Assembly: GCA_964016885.1 (NCBI GenBank)
Contig: OZ024742.1
Span: 167,090,001-167,154,000, forward strand
DNA from: Eledone cirrhosa
Lineage: Eukaryota
Direction of reading: 5' to 3'
DNA length: 64,000 bases
Under the pieces are notes generated by a model. That model was given only the letters and a program-made list of their open reading frames with translations. It had not been told where the DNA came from and did not search any database. Made by a program: the position numbers and the translations under genes. This document shows positions 53,401-64,000 of this stretch, piece after piece. Position 1 is the stretch's first letter, and each line of letters starts with the position of its first letter.

Positions 53401-54435
53401 AAAATCAGGGGGAGATAATTTGTAAAAAAAAAATCAGGGGGAGATTTGTAAAAAAAATCAGGGGGAGATAATTTGTAAAAAAAAATCAGGGGTAGATAAT
53501 TTGTAAAAAAAAATCAGGGGGAGATAATTTGTAAAAAAAAATCAGGGGGAGATAATTTGTAAAAAAAATCAATTGGAGATAATTTCCAGCCGTCCAAGGG
53601 GAGATAATTTTCAGCCGTCCAAGGAGAGGTAATTTCTAGACGTCCAAGGGGAGATAATTTCCAGCCGTCCAATGGGAGATAATTTCCAGCCGTCCAAGGG
53701 GAGATAATTTTTAAAAAAAAATCAGGCGGAGATAATTTGTAAAAAAAATCTAGGGGAGATAATTTGCAGCCGTCCAAGGGGAGATAATTTTCAGTCGTCC
53801 AAGGAGAGGTAATTTCTAGCCGTCCAAGGGGAGATAATTTCCAGCCGTCAAAGGGGAGATAATTTCCAGCCGTCCAAGGGGAGATAATTTTTTTAAAAAA
53901 ATCAGGCGGAGATAATTTGTAAAAAAAATCAGGGGGAGATAATTTGTAAAAAAAAATCAGGGGGAGATAATTTGTAAAAAAAAATCAGGGGGAGATAATT
54001 TGTAAAAAAAATCAAGGAGAGATAATTTCCAGCCGTCCAAGGGAAGATAATTTCAAGCCCTCCAAGGGGCTATAATTTCCAGTGTCCAAGGGGAGATAAT
54101 TTCCAGCCAGCGAAGGGGAGATAATTTTTTTTTAAAAATCAGGGGGAGATTTGTAAAAAAAATCAAGGGGAGATAATTTGTAAAAAAATCAGGGGGAGAT
54201 AATTTGTAAAAAAAAAATCAGGGGGAGATAATTTGTAAAAAAAATCAGGGGGAGATAATTTGTAAAAAAAAATCAGGGGTAGATAATTTGTAAAAAAAAA
54301 TCAGGGGGAGATAATTTGTAAAAAAAAAATCAGGGGGAGATAATTTGTAAAAAAAATCAAGGGGAGATAATTTCCAGCCGTCCAAGGAGAGATAATTTTT
54401 AAAAAAAATCAGGCGGAGATAATTTGTAAAAAAAA
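44450..54435 (+). repeat. About 10-kb block, copy 2 (copy 1 at about 6345-16330)
   Basis: Constant offset 38105. Shared rare variants include CAGGTGTAG, CCAGCACTCC, TCAACGGGAG and TCAGCGGGAG. Confidence 0.95.
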
Positions 54436-57400
54436 ATCAGGGGGAGATAATTTGTAAAAAAAATCAAGGGGAGATAATTTCCAGCCGTCCAAGGGAAGAT
54501 AATTTCAAGCCCTCCAAGGGGCTATAATTTCCAGTGTCCAAGGGGAGATAATTTCCAGCCAGCGAAGGGGAGATAATTTTTTTAAAAAAATCAGGGGGAG
54601 ATATGTAAAAAAAATCAGAGGGAGATAATTTCTAAAAAAAATCAAAGGGAGATAATTTCCAGCCGTCCAAAGAGAGATAATTTCTAGCCGTCCAAGGGGA
54701 GATAATTTCCAGCCAAGGGGAGATAATTTCCAGCCGTCCAAAGGGGAGATAATTTTTTAAAAAATCAGGTGGAGATAATTTGTAAAAAAAATCAGGGGGA
54801 GATAATTTGTAAAAACAAAATCAAGGGCAGATAATTTCCAGCTGTCCAAGGGGAGATAATTTCCAGCCGTGCAAGGGGAGATAATTTCCAGCCGTCCAAG
54901 GGGAGATAATTTCCATCCTTCCAAGGGGAGATAATCTCCAGCCGTCCAAGGGGAGATAATTTCCCGCCAGCCAAGGGAAGATAATTTTTAAAAAAATCAG
55001 GCGGAGATTGTAAAAAAAATCAGGGGGAGATAATTTGTAAAAAAATCAGGGGGAGATAATTTGTAAAAAAAAAATCAGGGGAGATAATTTGTAAAAAAAA
55101 ATCAGGGGGAGATAATTTGTAAAAAAAAAATCAGGGGGAGATAATTTGTAAAAAATAATCAGGGGTAGATAATTTGTAAAAAAAAATCAGGGGGAGATAA
55201 TTTGTAAAAAAAAATCAGGGGGAGATAATTTGTAAAAAAATCAAGGGGAGATAATATGCAGCCGTCCAAGGGGAGATAATTTTCAGCCGTCCAAGGAGAG
55301 GTAATTTCTAGCCGTCCAAGGGGAGATAATTTCCAGCCGTCCAAGGGGAGATAATTTCAAGCCGTCCAAGGGGAGATAGTTTTTTTAAAAAAATCAGGCG
55401 GAGATAATTTGTAAAAAAAAATCAGGGGGAGATAATTTGTAAAAAAAAATCAGGGGGAGATAATTTGTAAAAAAAATCAGGGGGAGATAATTTGTAAAAA
55501 AAATCAAGGGGAGATAATTTCCAGCCGTCCAAGGGAAGATAATTTCAAGCCCTCCAAGGGGCTATAATTTCCAGTGTCCAAGGGGAGATAATTTCCAGCC
55601 AGCGAAGGGGAGATATTTTTTTTTTAAAAATCAGGGGGAGATTTGTAAAAAAAATCAGGGGGAGATAATTTGCAAAAAAAATCAAAGGGAGATAATTTCC
55701 AGCCGTCCAAAGAGAGATAATTTCTAGCCGTCCAAGGGGAGATAATTTCGAGCCAAGGGGAGATAATTTCCAGCCGTCCAAGGGGAGATAATTTTTTAAA
55801 AAATCAGGTGGAGATAATTTGTAAAAAAAATCAGGGGGAGATAATTTGTAAAAACAAAATCAAGGGCAGATAATTTCCAGCTGTCCAAGGGGAGATAATT
55901 TCCAGCCGTGCAAGGGGAGATAATTTCCAGCCGTCCAAAGGGAGATAATTTCCATCCTTCCAAGGGGAGATAATTTCCAGCCGTCCAAGGGGAGATAATT
56001 TCCCGCCAGCCAAGAGAAGATAATTTTTTAAAAAATCAGGCGGAGATTGTAAAAAAAATCAGCGGGAGATAATTTGTAAAAAAATCAGGGGGAGATAATT
56101 TGTAAAAAAATCAAGGGGAGATAATTTCCAGCTCTCCAAGGGGAGGTAATATCTAGCCGTCCAAGGGGAGATAATTTCCAGCCGTCCAAGGGGAGATAAT
56201 TTCCAGCCGTCCAAGGGTAGATAATATCCAGCCGTCCAAGGAGACATATTTTCCAGCCGTCCAAGGAGAGGTAATTTCTAGCCGTCCAAGTGGAGATAAA
56301 TTCCAGCCTCCAAGGGGAGATAATTTCCAGCCAGCCAAGGGGAGATAATTTGTAAAAAAATCAGGGGGAGATAATTTGTAAAAAAAATCAGGGGGAGATA
56401 ATTTGTACAAAAAATCAGGGGTAGATAATTTGTAAAAAAAATCAGGGGGAGATAATTTGTAAAAAAAATCAAGGGGAGATAATTTGCAGCCGTCCAAGGG
56501 GAGATAATTTTCAGCCGTCCAAGGAGAGGTAATTTCTAGCCGTCCAAGGTGAGATAATTTCCAGCCGTCCAAGGGGAGATAATTTCCAGCCGTCCAAGGG
56601 GAGATAATTTTTAAAAAAAAACAGGCGGAGATAATTTGTAAAAAAAAAATCAGGGTGAGATAATTTGTAAAAAAAAATCAGGGGGAGATAATTTGTAAAA
56701 AAAAATCAGGGGGAGGTAATTTATAAAAAAAATCAAGGGGAGATAATTTCCAGCCGTCCAAGGGAAGATAATTTCCAGCCCTCCAAGGGGCTATAATTTC
56801 CAGCGTCCAAGGGGAGATAATTTCCAGCCAGCGAAGGGGAGATAATTTTTTTTTTTTTAAATCAGGGGGACATAATTTGTAAAAAAAATAAGGGGGAGAT
56901 AATCTGTAAAAAAAATCAAGGGGAGATAATTTGTAAAAAAATCAGGGGGAGATAATTTGTAAAAAAAAATCAGGGGGAGATAATTTGTAAAAAAAATCAA
57001 GGGGAGATAATTTGTAAAAAAAATCAAGGGGAGATAATTTCCAGCCGTCCAAGGGGAGATAATTTTCAGCCGTCCAAGGGGAGATAATTTCCCGCCAGCC
57101 AAGGGAAGATAATATTTAAAAAAATCAGGCTAGATAATTTGTAAAAAAAATCAGGGGGAGATAATTTGTAAAAAAATCAGGGGGAGATAATTTGTAAAAA
57201 AAAAATCAGGGGGAGATTTGTAAAAAAAATCAGGGGGAGATAATTTGTAAAAAAAAATCAGGGGTAGATAATTTGTAAAAAAAAATCAGTGGGAGATAAT
57301 TTGTAAAAAAAAATCAGGGGGAGATAATTTGTAAAAAAAATCAATTGGAGATAATTTCCAGCCGTCCAAGGGGAGATAATTTTCAGCCGTCCAAGGAGAG

Positions 57401-57780
57401 GTAATTTCTAGACGTCCAAGGGGAGATAATTTCCAGCCGTCCAATGGGAGATAATTTCCAGCCGTCCAAGGGGAGATAATTTTTAAAAAAAAATCAGGCG
57501 GAGATAATTTGTAAAAAAAATCTAGGGGAGATAATTTGCAGCCGTCCAAGGGGAGATAATTTTCAGTCGTCCAAGGAGAGGTAATTTCTAGCCGTCCAAG
57601 GGGAGATAATTTCCAGCCGTCAAAGGGGAGATAATTTCCAGCCGTCCAAGGGGAGATAATTTTTTTAAAAAAATCAGGCGGAGATAATTTGTAAAAAAAA
57701 TCAGGGGGAGATAATTTGTAAAAAAAAATCAGGGGGAGATAATTTGTAAAAAAAAATCAGGGGGAGATAATTTGTAAAAA
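50760..57780 (+). repeat. Tandem higher-order duplication, period 3772-3774 bp
   Basis: ORF pairs 51018/54792, 51385/55159, 51772/55545, 52058/55831, 52380/56153, 53084/56857 and 53514/57286. The variant GGTGAGATAATTTCC (about 52775, 56548) is shared by these two copies but not by the 14.6-kb and 35.1-kb paralogues. Confidence 0.9.
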
Positions 57781-60700
57781 AAATCAAGGGGAGATAATTT
57801 CCAGCCGTCCAAGGGGAGATCATTTTCAGCCGTCCAAGGGGAGATAATTTCCAGCCGTCCAAGGGGAGATAATTTGAAAAAAAAATCAGGCGGAGATAAT
57901 TTGTAAAAAAAATCAAGGGGAGATAATTTGCAACCGTCCAAGGGGACATAATTTTCAGTCGTCCAAGGAGAGGTAATTTCTAGCCGTACAAGGGGAGATA
58001 ATTTCCAGCCGTCCAAGGGGAGATAATTTCCAGCCGTCCAAGGGGAGATAATTTTTTTTTAAAAATCAGGCGGAGATAATTTGTAAAAAAAAAATCAGGG
58101 GGAGATAATTTGTAAAAAAAAATCAGGGGGAGATAATTTGTAAAAAAAATCAGGGGGAGATAATTTGTAAAAAAAATCAAGGGGAGATAATTTCCAGCCG
58201 TCCAAGGGAAGATAATTTCCAGCCCTCCAAGGGGCTATAATTTCCAGCGTCCAAGGGGAGATAATTTCCAGCCAGCGAAGGGGAGATAATTGTTTTAAAA
58301 AAATCATTGGGAGATTTGTAAAAAAAATCAGGGGGAGATAATTAATAAAAAAAGTCAAGGGGAGATAATTTCCAGCCGCCCAAGGGGAGGTAATATCTAG
58401 CCGTCCAAGGGGAGATAATTTCCAGCCGTCCAAGGGGAGATAATTTCCAGCCGTCCAAGGGTAGATAATATCCAGCCGTCCAAGGAGACATATTTTCCAG
58501 CCGTCCAAGGAGAGGTAATTTCTAGCCGTCCAAGGGGAGATAAATTCCAGCCTCCAAGGGGAGATAATTTCCAGCCAGCCAAGGGGAGATAATTTGTAAA
58601 AAAATCAGGGGGAGATAATTTGTAAAAAAAATCAGGGGTAGATAATTTGTAAAAAAAAATCAGGGGGAGATAATTTGTAAAAAAAAATCAGGGGGAGATA
58701 ATTTGTAAAAAAAATCAAGGGGAGATAATTTCCAGCCGTCCAAGGAGAGATAATTTTTAAAAAAAATCAGGCGGAGATAATTTGTAAAAAAAAATCAGGG
58801 GGAGATAATTTGTAAAAAAAAATCAGGGGGAGATAATTTGTAAAAAAAATCAAGGGGAGATAATTTCCAGCCGTCCAAGGGGAGATAATTTCCAGCCGTC
58901 CAAGGGGAAATAATTTTTTTAAAAAAATCAGGCGGAGATAATTTGTAAAAAAAATCAGGGGGAGATAATTTGTAAAAAAAAATCAGGGGGAGATAATTTG
59001 TAAAAAAAAATCAGGGGGAGATAATTTCCAGCCGTCCAAGGTAAGATAATTTCCAGCCCTCCAAGGGGCTATAATTTCCAGCATCCAAGGGGAGATAATT
59101 TCCAGCCGTCCAAGGGTAGATAATATCCAGCCGTCCAAGTAGACATATTTTCCAGCCGTCCAAGGAGAGGTAATTTCTAGCCGTCCAAGGGGAGATAAAT
59201 TCCAGCCTCCAAAGGTAGATAATTTCCAGCCAGCCAAGGGGAGATAATTTGTAAAAAAATCAGGGGGAGATAATTTGTAAAAAAAATCAGGGGGAGATAA
59301 TTTGTAAAAAAAAATCAGGGGGAGATAATTTGTAAAAAAAAATCAGGGGGAGATAATTTGTAAAAAAAAATCAGGGGGAGATAATTTGTAAAAAAAATCA
59401 AGGGGAGATAATTTCCAGCCGTCCAAGGGGAGATAATTTTCAGCCGTCCAAGGGGAGATAATTTCCAGCCGTCCAAGGGGAGATAATTTCCATCCTTCCA
59501 AGGGGAGATAATTTCCAGCCGTCCAAGGGGAGATAATTTTCAGTCGTCCAAGGGGAGATAATTTCCCGCCAGCCAAGGGAAGATAATATTTTAAAAAATC
59601 AGTCGGAGATAATTTGTAAAAAAAATCAGGGGGAGATAATTTGTAAAAAAATCAGGGGGAGATAATTTGTAAAAAAAAAATCAGGGGGAGATAATTTGTA
59701 AAAAAAATCAGGGGGAGATAATTTGTAAAAAAAAAATCAGGGGTAGATAATTTGTAAAAAAAAATCAGGGGGAGATAATTTGTAAAAAAAAAATCAGGGG
59801 GAGATAATTTGTAAAAAAAATCAGGGGGAGATAATTTGTAAAAAAAAATCAGGGGGAGATAATTTCCAGCCGTCCAAGGGGAGATAATTTTCAGCCGTCC
59901 AAGGGGAGATAATTTCCCGCCAGCCAAGGGAAGATAATATTTAAAAAAATCAGGCGGAGATAATTTGTAAAAAAAATCAGGGGGAGATAATTTGTAAAAA
60001 AATCAGGGGGAGATAATTTGTAAAAAAAATCAAGGGGAGATAATTTCCAGCCGTCCAAGGGGAGGTAATATCTAGCCGTCCAAGGGGAGATAATTTCCAG
60101 CCGTCCAAGAGGAGATAATTTCCAGCCGTCCAAGGGTAGATAATATCCAGCCGTCCAAGGAGACATATTTTCCAGCCGTCCAAGGAGAGGTAATTTCTAG
60201 CCGTCCAAGGGGAGATAAATTCCAGCCTCCAAAGGGAGATAATTTCCAGCCAGCCAAGGGGAGATAATTTGTAAAAAAAATCAAGGGGAGATAATTTGTA
60301 AAAAAAATCAGGGGGAGATAATTTGTAAAAAAAAATCAGGGGGAGATAATTTGTAAAAAAAATCAGGGGGAGATAATTTGTAAAAAAAAATCAAGGGGAG
60401 ATAATTTCCAGCCGTCCAAGGGGAGATAATTTCCCGCCAGCCAAGGGAAGATAATATTTAAAAAATCAGGCGGAGATAATTTGTAAAAAAAATCAGGGGG
60501 AGATAATTTGTAAAAAAATCAGGGGGAGATAATTTGTAAAAAAAAAATCAGGGGGAGATAATTTGTAAAAAAATCAGGGGGAGATGATTTGTAAAAAAAA
60601 ATCAGGGGTAGATAATTTGTAAAAAAAAATCAGGGGGAGATAATTTGTAAAAAAAAATCAGGGGGAGATAATTTGTAAAAAAAAATCAGTGGGAGATAAT

Positions 60701-63700
60701 TTGTAAAAAAATCAAGGGGAGATAATATGCAGCCGTCCAAGGGGAGATAATTTTCAGCCGTCCAAGGAGAGTTAATTTCTAGCCGTCCATGGGGAGATAA
60801 TTTCCAGCCGTCCAAGGGGAGATAATTTCCAGCCGTCCAAGGGGAGATAGTTTTTTTAAAAAAATCAGGCGGAGATAATTTGTAAAAAAAAAATCAGGGG
60901 GAGATAATTTGTAAAAAAAAATCAGGGGGAGATAATTTGTAAAAAAAAATCAAGGGGAGATAATTTGTAAAAAAAATCAGGGGGAGATAATTAGTAAAAA
61001 AATCAAGGGGAGATAATTTCCAGCCGTCCAAGGGGAGGTAATATCTAGCCGTCCAAGGGGAGATAATTTCCAGCCGTCCAAGGGGAGATAATTTCCAGCC
61101 GTCCAAGGGTAGATAATATCCAGCCGTCCAAGTAGACATATTTTCCAGCCGTCCAAGGAGAGGTAATTTCTAGCCGTCCAAGGGGAGATAAATTCTAGCC
61201 TCCAAGGGGAGATAATTTCCAGCCAGCCAAGGGGAGATAATTTGTAAAAAAATCAGGGGGAGATAATTTGTAAAAAAAATCAGGGGGAGATAATTTGTAA
61301 AAAAAAATCAGGGGGAGATAATTTGTAAAAAAAATCAGGGGGAGATAATTTGTAAAAAAAAATCAGGGGGAGATAATTTGTAAAAAAAATCAAGGGGAGA
61401 TAATTTCCAGCCGTCCAAGGGGAGATAATTTCCAGCCGTCCAAGGGGAGGTAATATCTAGCCGTCCAAGGGGAGATAATTTCCAGCCGTCCAAGAGGAGA
61501 TAATTTCCAGCCGTCCAAGGGAAGATAATTTCAAGCCCTCCAAGGGGCTATAATTTCCAGTGTCCAAGGGGAGATAATTTCCAGCCAGCGAAGGGGAGAT
61601 AATTTTTTTTTAAAAATCAGGGGGAGATTTGTAAAAAAAATCAGGGGGAGATAATTTGTAAAAAAAATCAAGGGGAGATAATTTCCAGCCGTCGAAGGGA
61701 AGATAATTTCCAGCCCTCCAAGGGGCTATAATTTCCAGCGTCCAAGGGGAGATAATTTCCAGCCAGCGAAGGGGAGATAATTTTTTTAAAAAAATCATTG
61801 GGAGATTTGTAAAAAAAATCAGGGGGAGATAATTTCCAGCCGTCCAAGGGGAGGTAATATCTAGCCGTCCAAGGGGAGATAATTTCCAGCCGTCCAAGGG
61901 GAGATAATTTCCAGCCGTCCAAGGGTAGATAATATCCAGCCGTCCAAGTAGACATTTTCCAGCCGTCCAAGGAGAGGTAATTTCTAGCCGTCCAAGGGGA
62001 GATAAATTCCAGCCTCGAAGGGGAGATAATTTCCAGCCAGCCAAGGGGAGATAATTTGTAAAAAAAATCAGGGGGAGATAATTTGTAAAAAAAAATCAGG
62101 GGGAGATAATTTGTAAAAAAAAATCAGGGGGAGATAATTTGTAAAAAAAAATCAGGGGGAGATAATTTGTAAAAAAAATCAAGGGGAGATAATTTCCAGC
62201 CGTCCAAGGGGAGATAATTTTCAGCCGTCCAAGGGGAGATAATTTCCAGCCGTCCAAGGGGAGATAATTTCCATCCTTCCAAGGGGAGATAATTTCCAGC
62301 CGTCCAAGGGGAGATAATTTCCCGCCAACCAAGGGAAGATAATTTTTAAAAAAATCAGGCGGAGATTGTAAAAAAAATCAGGGGGAGATAATTTGTAAAA
62401 AAAAAATCAGGGGGAGATAATTTGTAAAAAAAATCAGGGGGAGATAATTTGTAAAAAAAAATCAAGGGGAGATAATTTGTACAAAAAATCAGGGGTATAT
62501 AATTTGTAAAAAAAAATCAGGGGGAGATAATTTGTAAAAAAAAATCAGGGGGAGATAATTTGTAAAAAAAATCAAGGGGAGATAATTTGCAGCCGTCCAA
62601 GGGGAGATAATTTTCAGCCGTCCAAGGAGAGGTAATTTCTAGTCGTCCAAGGTGAGATAATATCCAGCCGTCCAAGGGGAGATAATTTCCAGCCGTCCAA
62701 GGGGAGATAATTTTTAAAAAAAAACAGGCGAAGATAATTTGTAAAAAAAAAATCAGGGGGAGATAATTTGTAAAAAAAAATCAGGGGGAGATAATTTGTA
62801 AAAAAAAATCAGGGGGAGGTAATTTGTGAAAAAAAATCAAGGGGAGATAATTTCCAGCCGTCCAAGGGAAGATAATTTCCAGCCCTCCAAGGGGCTATAA
62901 TTTCCAGCGTCCAAGGGGAGATAATTTCCAGCCAGCGAAGGGGAGATAATTTTTTTTTTTTTAAATCAGGGGGAGATCATTTGTAAAAAAAAATCAGGGG
63001 GAGATAATTTCCAGCCGTCCAAGGGGAGATAATTTTCAGCCGTCCAAGGGGAGATAATTTTCAGCCGTCCAAGGGGAGATAATTTCCCGCCAGCCAAGGA
63101 AAGATAATATTTAAAAAAATCAGGCGGAGATAATTTGTAAAAAAAAATCAGGGGGAGATAATTTGTAAAAAAAATCAATTGGAGATAATTTCCAGCCGTC
63201 CAAGGGGAGATAATTTTCAGCCGTCCAAGGAGAGGTAATTTCTAGACGTCCAAGGGGAGATAATTTCCAGCCGTCCAAGGGGAGATAATTTCCAGCCGTC
63301 CAAGGGTAGATAATATCCAGCCGTCCAAGGAGACATATTTTCCAGCTTTCCAAGGAGAGGTAATTTCTAGCCGTCCAAGGGGAGATAAATTCCAGCCTCC
63401 AAGGGGAGATAATTTCCAGCCAGCCAAGGGGAGATAATTTGTAAAAAAATCAGGGGGAGATAATTTGTAAAAAAAAATCAGGGGCAGATAATTTGTAAAA
63501 AAAATCAGGGGGAGATAATTTGTAAAAAATATCAGGGGGAGATAATTTGTAAAAAAAATCAAGGGGAGATAATTTCCAGCCGTCCAAGGGGAGATAATTT
63601 TCAGCCGTCCAAGGGGAGATAATTTCCCGCCAGCCAAGGGAAGATAATATTTAAAAAATAAGGCGGAGATAATTTGTAAAAAAAATCAGGGGGAGATAAT

Positions 63701-64000
63701 TTGTAAAAAAATCAGGGGGAGATAATTTGTAAAAAAAAAATCAGGGAGAGATAATTTGTAAAAAAAATCAGGGGGAGATAATTTGTAAAAAAAAATCAGG
63801 GGTAGATAATTTGTAAAAAAAAATCAGGGGGAGATAATTTGTAAAAAAAATCAGGGGGAGATAATTTGTAAAAAAAATCAAGGGGAGATAATTTCCAGCC
63901 GTCCAAGGGAAGATAATTTCAAGCCCTCCAAGGGGCTATAATTTCCAGTGTCCAAGGGGAGATAATTTCCAGCCAGCGAAGGGGAGATAATTTTTTTTTT
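57700..64000 (+). repeat. About 6.3-kb block, copy 2 (copy 1 at about 24630-30950)
   Basis: Same offsets as copy 1. Shared rare variants include CCAGCCGCCC, AAAGGTAGAT and GAGATGATTT. Confidence 0.92.
62262..64000 (+). repeat. Direct repeat of window positions 1-1739 (offset 62261)
   Basis: Position 1 aligns to 62262 and position 1700 to 63961. The variant GAGATCATTTG occurs at about 711 and 62972 but not in the paralogues at 4577, 29923 or 41674. Confidence 0.9.

Larger units (their letters stand above)
1..64000 (+). repeat. Composite tandem satellite array of two monomer types sharing a 16-bp core (A: GGGGAGATAATTTCCAGCCGTCCAA, 25 bp; B: GGGGAGATAATTTGT(A)7-10TCAG, 26-29 bp); extends beyond both window ends
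   Basis: The core GGAGATAATTT or a close variant recurs every 21-30 bp from first to last base, always in the same orientation. No non-repeat interval was seen. Confidence 0.99.

Noticed and set aside
705-63637. All minus-strand ORFs (60-181 aa; LSPLGRLEIISPWTAGNYLPLDGWK and FFTNYLPLI repeats)
   Set aside because: They are translations of the repeat cycling through three frames because most units are not multiples of three. They overlap each other, mostly use TTG starts, and show no domain or frame preservation.
1-64000. CRISPR array reading (constant repeat plus variable spacer)
   Set aside because: The constant part is only 16 bp and the variable part is 9-13 bp of just two classes rather than unique spacers. 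There is no leader and no cas gene.
1-64000. Telomerase-synthesised long telomeric repeat (like the 25-bp budding-yeast type)
   Set aside because: There is no match to a telomere motif I recognise. Point variants are inherited in kb-scale blocks, which indicates DNA-level duplication rather than fresh templated addition.
1-64000. Canonical G-quadruplex array from repeated GGGG/GGGGG
   Set aside because: G-runs are separated by about 21-24 nt, far beyond typical 1-7-nt loops.
1-64000. Shine-Dalgarno-like GGAG/GGAGG motifs and T-runs as terminators
   Set aside because: These are simply parts of the repeat core or hinges. There are no downstream plus-strand ORFs and no GC-rich stem before the T-runs.
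1-64000. A-tract length variation as pure sequencing noise
   Set aside because: Exact offsets are kept across 10-kb paralogues and the same length series recur, so the lengths are mostly real.
1-64000. Embedded transposon, tRNA/rRNA, inversion or unique island
   Set aside because: None was seen on reading through; every segment parses into core-plus-tail monomers in one orientation.

Overview
The whole 64-kb window is one uninterrupted, head-to-tail tandem array (satellite or minisatellite DNA) of about 2,400-2,500 monomers (estimated as 64000/26). I found no credible gene, RNA gene, transposon or unique sequence. Nearly every monomer has a shared 16-bp core, CARGGGGAGATAATTT, followed by one of two tails. 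Type A has CCAGCCGTC (25-bp monomer, 52% GC). Type B has GT(A)7-10T (26-29-bp monomer, about 30% GC). A and B alternate in short runs of about 1-8 copies, with stereotyped junction monomers. Diagnostic variant monomers form fixed 100-200-bp cassettes. These are assembled into a mosaic of near-identical 1.2-10-kb blocks, copied both in tandem (periods about 1189, 1866, 3773, 3866 bp) and at a distance (offsets about 11.7, 17.6, 20.5, 25.3, 30.3, 33.1, 38.1, 62.3 kb). All listed ORFs are artefacts of the stop-poor minus strand. I cannot assign the organism or a named satellite family from the sequence. Offsets come from the ORF track and spot checks by eye; block ends are approximate.
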